Shown here: piece after piece, positions 20,507-31,438 of the stretch
How positions within the stretch are numbered: position 1 is the stretch's first letter
Layout: every line of letters begins with the position of its first letter
Program-made: the position numbers and the translations under genes
Notes under the pieces: model-generated
What the model saw: only the letters and a program-made list of their open reading frames with translations
What the model was told of the DNA's origin: nothing
The model's database searches: none
Source of the DNA: a bacterium
GTDB lineage: Bacteria > SAR324 > NAC60-12
Assembly (NCBI GenBank): GCA_965233585.1
Contig: CBDDTI010000745.1
Span: 288,001-352,000, forward strand
Reading direction: 5' to 3'
DNA length: 64,000 nt

Positions 20507-21088
20507 TTAACGATAAGGGTTGGCAAGAGAAGTTTGAAGAGTCACCGGCATTTGCAAAGAAAAGTCATCTTTCTTTTGAGATGAGAGGTCTAAGTCTTCA
20601 ACAGTGACCTGTTCAAAATCCTGTGCTAATTCGTCCAGTAGTTGATCTAATCGTTCAGTAGTCATATTGCCGTAGTATTTTTCATTGACAGCAATGGCAG
20701 GGGCGTAAGCACAAGCTCCAAGGCACTCCACTTCTTCAATGCTAAATTGACTATCTTGGCTTGTTTCCCCTGAATGAATGCCTAATCGCTTCTCTGCATG
20801 GTGTAGTATGGTGTTGCCATCGCACAAGGAACAAGAAATATTGGTGCAAATTTGCAGGTGATATTGTCCGGGAGGTGAAAATTTGAACATCGTGTAAAAC
20901 GTTGCAACTCCTCTGACATGAGTGATGGTTGTTTCACAAAGGTCTGCCACATATTGCATGGATTCTTCTGTCAGGAAGCCCCCATGTTCCCGCTGTGCAA
21001 GGTGCAACATCGGCAAAAGTGCATGGACTTTCTTGGGATAAGAACTTAATAGCTTGGTTGCCTGTAGGTTTGCATTTTCAGAAAACAT
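20507..21088 (-). CDS. nuoE: NADH-quinone oxidoreductase subunit E
   Basis: VATFYTMF, C...SC.L, ECLGAC..AP. Confidence 0.95.
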   Translation of the reverse strand: MFSENANLQATKLLSSYPKKVHALLPMLHLAQREHGGFLTEESMQYVADLCETTITHVRGVATFYTMFKFSPPGQYHLQICTNISCSLCDGNTILHHAEKRLGIHSGETSQDSQFSIEEVECLGACAYAPAIAVNEKYYGNMTTERLDQLLDELAQDFEQVTVEDLDLSSQKKDDFSLQMPVTLQTSLANPYR

Positions 21089-21185
21089 AGTCTTTTGATG
21101 TCGGGGTTAACAGCCATTTTAAATGAGTTTGCATGATCCAAAAGCTCAGCTGGTGCGGATAGAATTGAGTCATTGATACTATTGA

Positions 21186-21635
21186 TTAAGGTGCAGTCTT
21201 AGAAATCAGTTGATCAAAATACGCACGTTGTGCATCGCTTTCAACGTGTTGGCTCATGTGATGATGTAACTCATCAGAACTGAGACCTAAAGCCAAGCCT
21301 ATTTTTTGAATGTACTGAAATTCTTCATATTGAATTTGACGATCTACTGCACAGATTTGAATGATACACTTCAAAAGAAGCTCTGTTGTTCTCTGGTCTA
21401 AAACTGGAACTTTGTCAAGAGAAGGCTGATGATGTTTCAAAATTTTATCTTTAATCAAGGCAAGTTCAGGTTCAGACCCCATACTCTGAATGAGTGCATT
21501 CATATAAGCAACTTCACGACTTTTGATGATGCGGTCTACTGTGATGGCATAGCCAACAGCCATCGCTAACCAGCTTTTGGCAACAAGAGAATGATGTTTA
21601 CAATGGTCAAATAACTGAGCAATCAATTGAGTCAT
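21186..21635 (-). CDS. TerB-family (tellurite-resistance-like) protein
   Basis: Two repeats of the A..D..I...E motif (TVDRIIKSRE; AVDRQIQYEE) followed by I...LGL. Confidence 0.65.
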   Translation of the reverse strand: MTQLIAQLFDHCKHHSLVAKSWLAMAVGYAITVDRIIKSREVAYMNALIQSMGSEPELALIKDKILKHHQPSLDKVPVLDQRTTELLLKCIIQICAVDRQIQYEEFQYIQKIGLALGLSSDELHHHMSQHVESDAQRAYFDQLISKTAP

Positions 21636-22603
21636 AACTTTTTTGAGTAGGCTTGGAGCATCGTTTGAACAATCGTATTTTTATCAGAAAGTTGAGGAGA
21701 CCAGTTTAAGACTTGGTTGGCTTTTTCAAAACCTGTGCATGAATGTGGAGGGTCTCCTTTCCTTCTTGCTTTGACTTGACACTCTATCGGTTTGCCTGAA
21801 AGTTTTCTAAAAGTCTCAATCATTTCAAAAACACTGACACCAATAGACGTTCCTAAATTGACAACCTGACTTTCATCGTGTCTTCTCAAATAGTCTAATG
21901 CTTTCGTATGAGCATCTGCAAGGTCAGAGACGTGAATATAATCACGAACACATGAGCCATCAGATGTTTCATAGTCATCACCGTAAACTTCCACACACCC
22001 GCGAATACCAACGACAACCTCTGCAATGACAGGCAATAAATTGTTAGGATTTAACTCAAGCCCCCCAATCTCTCCAGCAGGGTCATAACCTGCCGCATTG
22101 AAATAACGGAGTGCGACAAATTTAAAATCCTTGAGTTTAGCATACCATGACAAAAGTTGTTCAATTTGTAGCTTGGTCAGTCCATAAAAATTAGTTGGCT
22201 CAAGAGGGTGGTCTTCGTTCATTGGCAAATATTGAGGCTCACCATACACAGCAGCGCTTGATGAAAAAATCATCTGACTGACCCCCGCATTAACCATTTC
22301 ATTCATCAGATGAATTGTGCCTACTAAGTTAGCATTGGCATAGTGTTGTGGATATTCCATAGATTCTCCTGCCGCTTTCAACGCTGCTAAATGCACAACG
22401 GCTTCCACCTGATGGGCAGAAAACACCTCTCTGATGCTTTCAGGACGCATGATGTCTCCATGAACAAAAGTAGCGTCCTCTTGCAAATTTTCTCTTAAAC
22501 CTGATGAAAGATTGTCAAAAACAACAATCTCATTTCCTGCAGACAGTAAATCTTTGACAACATGGCTTCCAATGTAGCCTGCTCCACCAACAACTAAAAT
22601 CAT
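21632..22603 (-). CDS. galE: UDP-glucose 4-epimerase
   Basis: GGAGYIGSH, FSSSAAVYG, YGLTK, LRYFNAAG, VRDYIHV.DLA. Confidence 0.95.
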   Translation of the reverse strand: MILVVGGAGYIGSHVVKDLLSAGNEIVVFDNLSSGLRENLQEDATFVHGDIMRPESIREVFSAHQVEAVVHLAALKAAGESMEYPQHYANANLVGTIHLMNEMVNAGVSQMIFSSSAAVYGEPQYLPMNEDHPLEPTNFYGLTKLQIEQLLSWYAKLKDFKFVALRYFNAAGYDPAGEIGGLELNPNNLLPVIAEVVVGIRGCVEVYGDDYETSDGSCVRDYIHVSDLADAHTKALDYLRRHDESQVVNLGTSIGVSVFEMIETFRKLSGKPIECQVKARRKGDPPHSCTGFEKANQVLNWSPQLSDKNTIVQTMLQAYSKKL

Positions 22604-22749
22604 AACTTGTCTTTTAAAATACCTGAATCCGTTTTAAAAAAGTCAAACATAGGGTTCTTGGCTTCTTCTCAAAGGGTCAAACCAAAGGTTTTCTAAAAAA
22701 GCCAGTCCATTCACAAAACCCTCAATTTCAAAGACTGACAAGACTATTC

Positions 22750-24249
22750 TTAAAGCAGTGCTAACAAAAGCCCCGCAGCAACAGCTGACCCAAGAACCCC
22801 TGCAACGTTAGGTCCCATGGCGTGCATCAGTAAAAAGTTTTGTGGATTTGCTTCTGCCCCAACTTTATGAACAACACGTGCTGCCATTGGAACTGCCGAA
22901 ACACCTGCCGCTCCTATGAGGGGGTTAATTGGTGTTTTGGAAAAGTAATTCATCAACTTTGCCATCAAAATTCCTCCTGCTGTTCCCAATGAAAAAGCAA
23001 CTGCTCCAAGTATTAAAATACCTGCTGTCTCCAAATTAAGAAACTGGTCAGCAGACAATTTACTACCCACTCCTAAACCAAGAAAAATCGTCACAATGTT
23101 GATGAGTTCATTCTGTGCCGTTTGCGAAAGCCTTTGAACGACCCCACTTTCACGTAAAAGATTACCAAACATCAACATACCCACCAAGGGAATTGCAGAA
23201 GGAAGAAGCAACGCACACAATGCCACACAAACTAAAGGAAAGATAATTTTTTCAGTTTTAGACACGTCCCTTTGTTGCACCATAGGAATTTGACGTTCTT
23301 TGTGTGTGGTCAATGCCTTCATAATAGGGGGTTGAATAATCGGCACAAGAGCCATATAAGAATACGCAGCAACAGCAATAGAACCTAGCAAACGTGGTGA
23401 AAGCTCATTCGCTAAGAAGATGGCAGTTGGACCATCTGCCCCGCCAATAATCCCGATAGAAGCCGCATCTTGAATGGAAAAATTGATCCAAGGCACCCAT
23501 TGAGTTAGTAACAACGCACCAATGAGTGTGGCAAAGATTCCTATTTGTGCCGCACTTCCTAGCAATGCTGTTTTAGGGTTGGCAATCAAAGGTCCAAAAT
23601 CTGTCAATGCTCCAACTCCCATAAAAATCAGCAAAGGAAAAACTCCAGAATGAATGCCAATATTGAAAGCATAGTAAAGCACCCCTCCAGGGTCTGTTAC
23701 CCCCGTTAAAGGAATGTTGGAAAGGACACAACCAAAGCCGATAGGCAGTAAAAGCAATGGTTCAAAACCTTTCTTGATTGCCAGATAAATCAGTCCTCCT
23801 CCAACAAAAATCATCAAAAGCCGACCTAGCCCCTCTGTCCAAGAATAACCTTGTCCTTCAACCAGCGCAGCAATCCCAGAGCTTTGATAAAGTTTGAGAA
23901 TCAAAGTAGCCAGCGATGCGGTTTCACTCTGTCCGACTTCATCACTCTGACGTTGGTCTGTCATCAGAGCTTTAGCTTCAAAAGTCAATAAAGTGGAACT
24001 TTGTCTCACTTGTTGGTGAGGCGTCACATGAATCTTGGAAACAAACCCTGATTTGCTTGCAAAAACTTTGACCTTGCCTTGACCTTGTGTCTTAACCTCA
24101 AACAACAAATCTGCAGGATAAATCGCTTGTTGTTCTTTAATGTAAATTTTGGAGAGTGTGCCAGAAACGGGAGACATCAACTCTTCAGCCGCATGCAAGA
24201 TGTTGAAGAAGAACGCATGCACAGCAAACAATAGGAGGATTTTCTTCAT
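22750..24249 (-). CDS. oadB: Na+-translocating decarboxylase beta subunit with N-terminal extension
   Basis: [43 protein letters not shown]; extra signal peptide plus biotinyl-like domain. Confidence 0.93.
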   Translation of the reverse strand: MKKILLLFAVHAFFFNILHAAEELMSPVSGTLSKIYIKEQQAIYPADLLFEVKTQGQGKVKVFASKSGFVSKIHVTPHQQVRQSSTLLTFEAKALMTDQRQSDEVGQSETASLATLILKLYQSSGIAALVEGQGYSWTEGLGRLLMIFVGGGLIYLAIKKGFEPLLLLPIGFGCVLSNIPLTGVTDPGGVLYYAFNIGIHSGVFPLLIFMGVGALTDFGPLIANPKTALLGSAAQIGIFATLIGALLLTQWVPWINFSIQDAASIGIIGGADGPTAIFLANELSPRLLGSIAVAAYSYMALVPIIQPPIMKALTTHKERQIPMVQQRDVSKTEKIIFPLVCVALCALLLPSAIPLVGMLMFGNLLRESGVVQRLSQTAQNELINIVTIFLGLGVGSKLSADQFLNLETAGILILGAVAFSLGTAGGILMAKLMNYFSKTPINPLIGAAGVSAVPMAARVVHKVGAEANPQNFLLMHAMGPNVAGVLGSAVAAGLLLALL

Positions 24250-26060
24250 GGCTTCAAAAGCACTAAAGGCTCTCCTGCTGCAACAGATTTGCCTGTCTCA
24301 GCAAGAATTTTTTCCACAGTACCACTTTGAGGTGAGCGAATTTCATTTTGCATCTTCATCGCTTCCATGATGAGAATTACATCGTTGGCTTGAACTGCCT
24401 CACCCGTTTGTACGCAAATTTTTTCAACATGACCGGGCATGGGTGCTTCTATCGTGATAGAGTCTTTTGACTGCGTTGGGTTCGTTGAGGGGAGAGGGTC
24501 TGCTACTTGCTGGGGTGGTGCAATGTGTTGAGGCTGTGAACTCACTTTCCCTGCTTCTACAACAACATCATAGGCTTTACCATCAACCCGAACGGTGTAG
24601 CTTCGTTTGTCTGGAAGTGTTGGAAGTTTGACTTCCTGCTTTTCCTGCTCTTGCACTGGTTGAGAGTCTTGTTTTTTAGGCACAGCCACTTGACCTTTGC
24701 CCATCAAGAAGTCCAAACCTTTTTGACCACAGGCGGCAACGATGAAGATATTTTCTTCAGTGGTTTGCAAATGATTTTCATTTAACAATTTGCTTGCTTT
24801 AGGAATCCCATCTTCCAAACCTTCTACTGGATCGCCTTCAAATGGAGGTTTCCCAAGTTGTTCTGATGCCAATTTCACAAGGTCAGGGTCTGGAGCGACA
24901 GGGGTTTTGCCAAAATAGCCAAGCACCATCTCACCATAACCTTTGGCAATTTTTTTCCAGCTTCCTTGCATGACATTCAGATAGGCTTGTTGAAAATAAA
25001 ACTGCGAGACAGGCGTCACCGATGCCCCAAGACCCCCTTTTTTCACAACTTCTGACATGGCTTTGATGACTTCAGGAAAGCGATCAATCGTCTTGTTTTC
25101 ACGCATCATCAAAGTATTGGCAGTCAAAGCACCGCCTGGCATAGGAGAAAACTGGATTAGGTGAGATGAAGCTCTGGCTTCTGTCGGAATGATGTAATCT
25201 TTCAAAGCATGTTCAAGGTCTTGTGATGCCTTTAATATCTTGTCCATGTCAACATCAAGGGCATATTCTGAATCACGGAGTGCATGACTCATCACCAAAA
25301 TATCTACTTGACAAGTTCCACCACTACAAGGGCTTTTGCTCAAATCTATGAAGTCCACACCCGCTTCAATCGCCGCTAAGTTCTGGGCAACGGCAATGCC
25401 TGCTGAATCGTGAGTATGCAAATGCAAAACAGTCTGTTCAGGCAATAATTTTCTAGCCTGCTTGATGGTGTCATAGATGATTCTGGGTGGTGTTGTTCCT
25501 GCCGCATCTTTAAACGCAATCACATCAAAGGGGATTCCCAAATCTAAAATCTCTCTGATAACTTTGAGGTAATAGTCTGTGTGATGAGCATCTCCTTGAC
25601 AGCCCGGCGGTATTCCCATAATTGAAACTGTCACTTGATGCTTCAAGCCATGCTTCGTAATACACTCCCCTGAATATTTCAGGTTTCGCATGTCATTGAG
25701 AGCATCAAAATTTCTAATGGTGGTGATGCCATGCTTTTTGAAAAGTTTGGCATGGAGGTCAATGATGTCTTTGGGTTGTTGTTCCAATGCGACAACACTG
25801 ATTCCTCTTGCTAAGGTTTGCAATTCTGCATCTGCTCCAGTAGTTTGACGGAATTTGTCCATCATATCAAAAGCGGATTCATTGCAATAAAACAATGGTG
25901 CTTGGAAGCGTGCGCCTCCTCCTGCTTCAAAATAACTTAAACCTTCTTCAACACTACTTTGTAGAGCAGGCAAAAAGTCCTCAGAGAGAACTCTCGCACC
26001 AAAACAAGACTGGAAACCATCGCGAAATGTGGTATCCATGAAAGGAATACGTTTTTTCAT
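24246..26060 (-). CDS. oadA: Oxaloacetate decarboxylase alpha / pyruvate carboxylase B-type subunit
   Basis: [26 protein letters not shown]-terminal EAMKM biotin domain. Confidence 0.92.
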   Translation of the reverse strand: MKKRIPFMDTTFRDGFQSCFGARVLSEDFLPALQSSVEEGLSYFEAGGGARFQAPLFYCNESAFDMMDKFRQTTGADAELQTLARGISVVALEQQPKDIIDLHAKLFKKHGITTIRNFDALNDMRNLKYSGECITKHGLKHQVTVSIMGIPPGCQGDAHHTDYYLKVIREILDLGIPFDVIAFKDAAGTTPPRIIYDTIKQARKLLPEQTVLHLHTHDSAGIAVAQNLAAIEAGVDFIDLSKSPCSGGTCQVDILVMSHALRDSEYALDVDMDKILKASQDLEHALKDYIIPTEARASSHLIQFSPMPGGALTANTLMMRENKTIDRFPEVIKAMSEVVKKGGLGASVTPVSQFYFQQAYLNVMQGSWKKIAKGYGEMVLGYFGKTPVAPDPDLVKLASEQLGKPPFEGDPVEGLEDGIPKASKLLNENHLQTTEENIFIVAACGQKGLDFLMGKGQVAVPKKQDSQPVQEQEKQEVKLPTLPDKRSYTVRVDGKAYDVVVEAGKVSSQPQHIAPPQQVADPLPSTNPTQSKDSITIEAPMPGHVEKICVQTGEAVQANDVILIMEAMKMQNEIRSPQSGTVEKILAETGKSVAAGEPLVLLKP

Positions 26061-26281
26061 TTGGGGATTTTATTTGTAGGTAAAGCATGGTCATCTTCAT
26101 AGGCGGCAATGGCAGCAGAAATGACTTGAGCAGGGACAACGCTATCAGAGGTTTGTCTGTCTGATGGTGGAACTTTGAGCAGATTGGTAAATTGAGAAAT
26201 GACCACTGTTAAAAGCGACAAAAATAAAAACACAGTCGTCATGCCCAGTAGCATGATTTTAACACCTTCTAAAATCATCAA
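26057..26281 (-). CDS. oadG: Oxaloacetate decarboxylase gamma subunit
   Basis: LLGMTTVFLFL TM and VISAAIAAY; overlaps oadA start. Confidence 0.9.
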   Translation of the reverse strand: MMILEGVKIMLLGMTTVFLFLSLLTVVISQFTNLLKVPPSDRQTSDSVVPAQVISAAIAAYEDDHALPTNKIPK

Positions 26282-26409
26282 ACTTTAGATATGGAAAGGA
26301 GTTTATCCAAGCAGAAAATCCTATCTTGACCCTTCCAAAGATGCAAGAATTTTGTTAGCCTATTTTAAGTTTTAAATTTTAAAGTCATTACATACCTAAG
26401 GAAACACCT

Positions 26410-28314
26410 ATGAACAACATCATTAGAAGACTCTCTCTTCTCATCTTTCCCACGTTTCTTACTTTTTTGGTCTTTCGTAGTTTGTTCCTTTGGAAGTATT
26501 GGGAGCATTTTGAGAAGTTTTCCTTTGGTGAACTCACACAAGCCTTTTTACATGGGATTCGCTTTGACTTTGGAGCAATTGCAATGACATTGGGAGTTTT
26601 GGGTCTTGTGCTTTTTTGGCTCAAAGGGAGGCTTTTGGTCTTTTTTTATTTTTTGTGTAGCTTAATTTGGAGTGGGGTTTTGCTGATGAGTGTGGCTGAC
26701 CTCATTTGCTATGGTGTCTCCCATCAAAGAATTAGTTTTGAGATTTTCACATCAAAGGACAACTTGGGGGCAGCGTTCTTGGGGGTCTGGGATAGTTATA
26801 GGTTAGCAAGCATCATCACGATTCTTTGTATGTTGGGGGGAATTTATGCTTACACTGCCTGCGGAAAAGTCATGGCTCGTTTAGACACTCCAATCCATTG
26901 GTTCAAAAGGCTTTCTGCAAACGTGACTTTTTTGCTGGTCTTTGTGGTTTTAGGCAGAGGGGGTTTTCAAACCAAACCATTGACCGCACAACATGCTTTG
27001 GTCAATGGTTATAGCCTCAGCCATCTCACTCTAAACCCTGTGTTTATCTCTTTGCGTTTCACGTTGTTTTCTCACGTCAAACCTTTTGACTATGTTGCAC
27101 CTGACGTTGCCCAAAACACTGTTCGCTCATTGCTCAAAACTCAAGAAGCACAACACTACCCAAAAAATGACCTCCCTTTTTATCGCCAACGGAAAGCCTC
27201 TCAAAATCCAACGTTTTCTGTTAGCCCCAATACAAACATTGTTTTGATTGTCTGGGAGAGTCTTGGTGCATTTTTAACCCGATTGAATCCAGAGGCTGAC
27301 ACAAACATTGTCCCAAATTTCAATCGTTTAAGCCGTCAAGGTCTTTTGTTTGACAGATTTTTTGCAAATGGTGTGCGTTCTGTGGAAGGAATGAGCGCAC
27401 TGCTTTCCTCCTTACCTGCTTACGACAAATTTGCTTTTGTGATGAGTCCCTTCCAGCAAAACCCTGTCATCACTTTGCCTCGTATTCTCAAAAAAAATGG
27501 CTACAGTACCACTTTTGTTCATGGGACTTTTCCTGACAGCGTTGGCATGCACAACTACGCTAAAAGCACGGGCTTTGACACAGTCATCACCCGTGATGAT
27601 TTTGAAAACTACCAAGACAAACTTGATGGCACTTGGGGCGTTTGGGACCAGTATCTTTTTGACCGAACTCTCCAAGAAGCCAACGCTCAACAACAACCTT
27701 TTTTTATCACAGCATTCACTTTAAGCTCCCATGAACCATACGTCCTGCCTGATGACAAATTCAAAAAATTTGACACACCATGGTTCAATGGTCATCATTA
27801 CACAGACTGGGCATTGGGAGAATTTTTTAAGAAGGCATCAAAGCAATCGTGGTATCAAAACACACTCTTCATTGTGGTAGCAGACCACACCAAACATGCT
27901 GAATCGCACCAAGAGTCTGCATGGATTCCATTGTGGATGTACAAACCTGATGGCTCGCTTCCCAACCAGACTCATCATCAAGTTGGCGGGCAGGTGGACT
28001 TCTTGCCAACATTGCTAGACTTACTCAACTTAGAGGCATTTTCTAGCTCCACAGGCAAAAGCCTCTTTGCCTCATCTGAAGGCTTTGCGATGTATGATGC
28101 TAGCGATAACGTTTGGTTTCGCTCTGAAAAAGCCTATGCCTTCTCAGAAAATAAGTTACTAGGGATTTACCGTTGGAAGACAGACCCTGATTTTAACAAT
28201 CCTTTGCCTCAAGATGCCTCAACTGCCAAAGAAATCCAATCTTATCTTTCTTGGCGACAGCTGGGACACAACGCCCTCATCACTAACAAAATGGCTCATT
28301 TACTTCAAGATTGA
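26410..28314 (+). CDS. LTA-synthase/MdoB-family membrane sulfatase-fold phosphotransferase
   Basis: About 5 N-terminal TMs, GIRFD, RGG, NIVLIVWES, TLSSHEPY, YTD..LG, VADH. Confidence 0.85.
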   Translation: MNNIIRRLSLLIFPTFLTFLVFRSLFLWKYWEHFEKFSFGELTQAFLHGIRFDFGAIAMTLGVLGLVLFWLKGRLLVFFYFLCSLIWSGVLLMSVADLICYGVSHQRISFEIFTSKDNLGAAFLGVWDSYRLASIITILCMLGGIYAYTACGKVMARLDTPIHWFKRLSANVTFLLVFVVLGRGGFQTKPLTAQHALVNGYSLSHLTLNPVFISLRFTLFSHVKPFDYVAPDVAQNTVRSLLKTQEAQHYPKNDLPFYRQRKASQNPTFSVSPNTNIVLIVWESLGAFLTRLNPEADTNIVPNFNRLSRQGLLFDRFFANGVRSVEGMSALLSSLPAYDKFAFVMSPFQQNPVITLPRILKKNGYSTTFVHGTFPDSVGMHNYAKSTGFDTVITRDDFENYQDKLDGTWGVWDQYLFDRTLQEANAQQQPFFITAFTLSSHEPYVLPDDKFKKFDTPWFNGHHYTDWALGEFFKKASKQSWYQNTLFIVVADHTKHAESHQESAWIPLWMYKPDGSLPNQTHHQVGGQVDFLPTLLDLLNLEAFSSSTGKSLFASSEGFAMYDASDNVWFRSEKAYAFSENKLLGIYRWKTDPDFNNPLPQDASTAKEIQSYLSWRQLGHNALITNKMAHLLQD

Positions 28315-29852
28315 GTCTTCCTAAACACACCATGTTGAAATCTCAACAAATCTATTTTTTGTTGTTATTGGGCTTTCTTGCCCTCTTCAACTACTTCAAT
28401 TTTGACATGGTCACGATTCAATACAGCACTTTGGGAGAAGTCCGTTACATGTGGTGGGACGAGTGGTTGCATGTCAAAGGACTTTTGAGAATGCAAAGCC
28501 TTCAAACATTAGAGCTGATTCACCCTGCCTACACTGCCTTTTATATTCATCTCTCCTACCTCATTAGTGCTTTGCTTTCACAAGGCACACCGATTCCTTT
28601 TGCTGAGTTTGTGCAAGGTTCGCTTTTGGCTTCCAGCCTTGTAATCCAGCTTTCTGTCATTTTGTTTTATGTTTTGGTGAGTCAACTGACAAAAAACAAG
28701 GCATTTGCGTTGTTGTGTGCTGTTTTGTTTGGAACGCATAGGTGGGTGCTTTTCCATTCTGCCGTCATGCACCCAGAACCTCCAATGATTTTTGGAAGCA
28801 CACTTGCCTTAATCGCATCTGCCGCTTTTTTGACCAATGGAAAAACAAAAATGCTTGTCTTTGCCTCCATTGGTTGTGCCATAGCGATTGCCTCTAAACC
28901 TCAAGGCTTGTTAATCTTACCTGCTTATGCTGGCATCGTTTTGTATTATTTTTTCACTCACAAGGTATCCTTGACGAAAGTCTTGAAAAAAGCGGTCTGT
29001 GCCGCAACTGCTTTGATCATTTCCCTTTTGATATTGACACCTTACCAAATCCTTCATTTAGACAAATTGCTAGCAGGATTACAAAAGGAGTCGCAAGTTC
29101 AAAATGTTGTAGAGACGTCCCAAGTTTGGAACTGGCTCAACTACCTTGCCTCCAATGAATATCTAGGCACAACTTATCTACTCATTCTCATTTTGGGAGG
29201 TGTGCTTTATTTTTTTGAAAGAAAAAACATTTCTCTTGTCCAACGTGCCGTCTGGGTTAGCTCATTCTTTTACCTGACCTTTGGTTCTCTTTACGTGGTG
29301 TTGGAAGTCAATAATCTCATTGTTCGTTATCTGGTGCATACCTTGCCTGCTTTGGCATTACTGGTTGCCAGTTGTTTCTTGCTTTTGATGAAGCATCGTT
29401 ACAAAAAAGGCAATCTTTTCATCAAGTTGCTCATGTCTCTTGTTTTGATTGGGGGCATACAACAGCAGATAAAGCATGCAAGGTTGAGCTTTTCAGGACG
29501 AGAGACAGCACTCAATGAAATTCAGCAACTTCAACAATGGACTCAAGAACTGGAACAGCTGGTTGAAGCAAAGACCAAAGTTGCAGGTTTGAACTTTAGA
29601 TTTTTACGAGACACGCATTTTGAATGGACTGAAAAATACGGCATTTTTGAGGTGCAGGACTACCCTTTTGTGATTTTAAACACGCATTACACAGGGTTTT
29701 TAGAAGGTGCAGGTGAGAGGAAGAAGCAAGAGATTATGGAGTTTCAAAAAATACTAGACACCATGACCCAAAAACTTCTTGCTCATCGCTACCAGCTTGT
29801 CAAACAAGGGTTCAATGGGACAATCAAAGTTTATCAAAGACCCAATCACTAA
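28311..29852 (+). CDS. GT-C fold (ArnT/PMT-like) membrane glycosyltransferase
   Basis: WDE motif in first loop, HPE, ASKP, RY motifs, many TMs. Confidence 0.7.
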   Translation: MSLPKHTMLKSQQIYFLLLLGFLALFNYFNFDMVTIQYSTLGEVRYMWWDEWLHVKGLLRMQSLQTLELIHPAYTAFYIHLSYLISALLSQGTPIPFAEFVQGSLLASSLVIQLSVILFYVLVSQLTKNKAFALLCAVLFGTHRWVLFHSAVMHPEPPMIFGSTLALIASAAFLTNGKTKMLVFASIGCAIAIASKPQGLLILPAYAGIVLYYFFTHKVSLTKVLKKAVCAATALIISLLILTPYQILHLDKLLAGLQKESQVQNVVETSQVWNWLNYLASNEYLGTTYLLILILGGVLYFFERKNISLVQRAVWVSSFFYLTFGSLYVVLEVNNLIVRYLVHTLPALALLVASCFLLLMKHRYKKGNLFIKLLMSLVLIGGIQQQIKHARLSFSGRETALNEIQQLQQWTQELEQLVEAKTKVAGLNFRFLRDTHFEWTEKYGIFEVQDYPFVILNTHYTGFLEGAGERKKQEIMEFQKILDTMTQKLLAHRYQLVKQGFNGTIKVYQRPNH

Positions 29853-29948
29853 GATTTTATAGCGATTTTAATGCTTGAATTTCTGATTCCAATCAACTAG
29901 AATGCACCTTGATTCGTTCAATTCACTCACATCAAACACATCACAAAA

Positions 29949-30319
29949 GGGGGCGATACGGCTTCGACTGGAAGCGAAAGAAAAAGATGCAAGTCGCAGG
30001 TAATACTCTTGGCTGCGTAAAAAGGAGTATTGAAAATCTTAGCTGCAAACAACGCAGACTACACTCCAGCTGCAGCACTCGCTGCTTGAGCTAACGGAGC
30101 GGCTTCAGTGAGGCTTGCCTAAAACGTCATTGAAGTTGGAATACTAAGTTAGGCTGGCTTGATGTTGCCTTCCAGACATCAAGTGAGACTTTGGAAGTTT
30201 TCTAATAGACGGGAGTTTGCACCCAAATCTATCAGAGAAATTCAAAATGCAGACTAAACTTGTAGAATCTTTTTTGGAAACTCTTCAGGACGCGGGTTCA
30301 ACTCCCGCCGCCTCCACCA
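29949..30319 (+). ncRNA. ssrA: tmRNA (tag ANNADYTPAAALAA)
   Basis: 5' GGGGGCGA..GGCTTCGAC; 3' GACGCGGGTTCAACTCCCGCCGCCTCCACCA; acceptor stem with G3-U; internal tag GCA AAC AAC..CTC GCT GCT TGA. Confidence 0.96.
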
Positions 30320-30486
30320 GTCTTTTTGTCAATCACTTGACTTGCAAAGTGTTGCTGATTCAGTCTAACCCATTCAGAATTGCCTTTGGTTTTTGTCTCT
30401 CCTGTAAAAAAGGAATCATAGCATTGGTTGTGATAGTTCGCTTGAAACTCCAGTAGTGAAAGAGTAACATTCTTCTAAAAATCATT

Positions 30487-30717
30487 ATGGATAGAAAAAC
30501 ATTAGAAAATTTGAGATTTAAGCACGGAAAGATACTTGATAGAAAAACAATCATTCATCTCTCTAGGTTGAAAGAGAGAAATAAAGCGCCTGTATTGGAT
30601 ACCCATTCTTTTAAAGAAAAAACACCAGAGATTCAAGAGGTACTGAAACCACGACTTGATGACGCTTTAAAAATTCTATTGGAGGAAAGAGAAATAGATG
30701 ACAACACTCACCGCTGA
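30487..30717 (+). CDS. Small hypothetical protein
   Basis: 76-aa ORF in the AT-rich segment after tmRNA. Confidence 0.45.
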   Translation: MDRKTLENLRFKHGKILDRKTIIHLSRLKERNKAPVLDTHSFKEKTPEIQEVLKPRLDDALKILLEEREIDDNTHR

Positions 30718-30799
30718 TGAACAAGAAGAATTTAGAATGTGTTACCATGCCCACTGCGTTTGAGAGATTGATTTGTTTAATAATTTTATTTTTTAGGAG

Positions 30800-31033
30800 T
30801 TGATTATGGAAACTGCAACGATAGAAATCCCCTTAGAAATCAAAAAAGAATTTGAAATCTTGGCAAAAGAAAGAGGGCAAGAATTTAAAAAATTTATTAT
30901 TGATTTACTTTTGGAGAGCGCAGAAATCATTGAAGATAGAGAACTTGGAGAAAAGGCTATCAAAGCAAGAGAAGAAGATTATATTGGACACGAAAAATCT
31001 TTAGAATTGCTAAATCGTATCAATAATGCTTAA
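30800..31033 (+). CDS. Putative type II antitoxin (RHH-like)
   Basis: RBS TAGGAG; TIEIP.EIKKEFE.LAKE.G....FI..LL.E...EDRE; acidic C-terminus overlapping a RelE-like start. Confidence 0.6.
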   Translation: MIMETATIEIPLEIKKEFEILAKERGQEFKKFIIDLLLESAEIIEDRELGEKAIKAREEDYIGHEKSLELLNRINNA

Positions 31034-31169
31034 AGTCAATTTTTCTAATCAAGCAGAGAAAAAGTTAGAGTTTTATGAAAAAAGATTAGTTCAAATTGCC
31101 AAAAGAATTTCCTCAAAAATATCTCAAATTTCTAAAATGATGGAACTTGTTATTAAAGGGAAAAAATGA
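31026..31169 (+). pseudogene. Truncated RelE/ParE-like toxin
   Basis: MLKVNFSNQAEKKLEFYEKRLVQIAKRISSKI.. (47 aa) has the RelE N-terminal pattern but lacks the C-terminal catalytic half. Confidence 0.5.
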
Positions 31170-31438
31170 ATCATACTTTCAAAATGACTTTGCTTTTTGG
31201 GGTCAACATCTTATTTATCCTAGGTTTTTACATGGCAGGGATTTATCAGAACTGGGATATGGAAAAAACTTTTTCAGAGTTAGACTTACTTCAAGAATCT
31301 GATGATCTTTTCATGCTTGTGTCCTTTCTTATAGGAATCTGCACGTTGTTTATCGCAAACTCTTTCATCCTTGCATTCAGAGATCACTCTATTTCAGAAG
31401 AGTCTTTAAAAGACTACCTCAATGACTTAAAAGGCTAG
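31166..31438 (+). CDS. Small 2-TM membrane protein
   Basis: Two hydrophobic segments in a 90-aa ORF. Confidence 0.55.
   Translation: MNHTFKMTLLFGVNILFILGFYMAGIYQNWDMEKTFSELDLLQESDDLFMLVSFLIGICTLFIANSFILAFRDHSISEESLKDYLNDLKG

Noticed and set aside
29909..30456. ORFs 29909..30094 and 30217..30456
   Set aside because: They overlap the tmRNA and are spurious.
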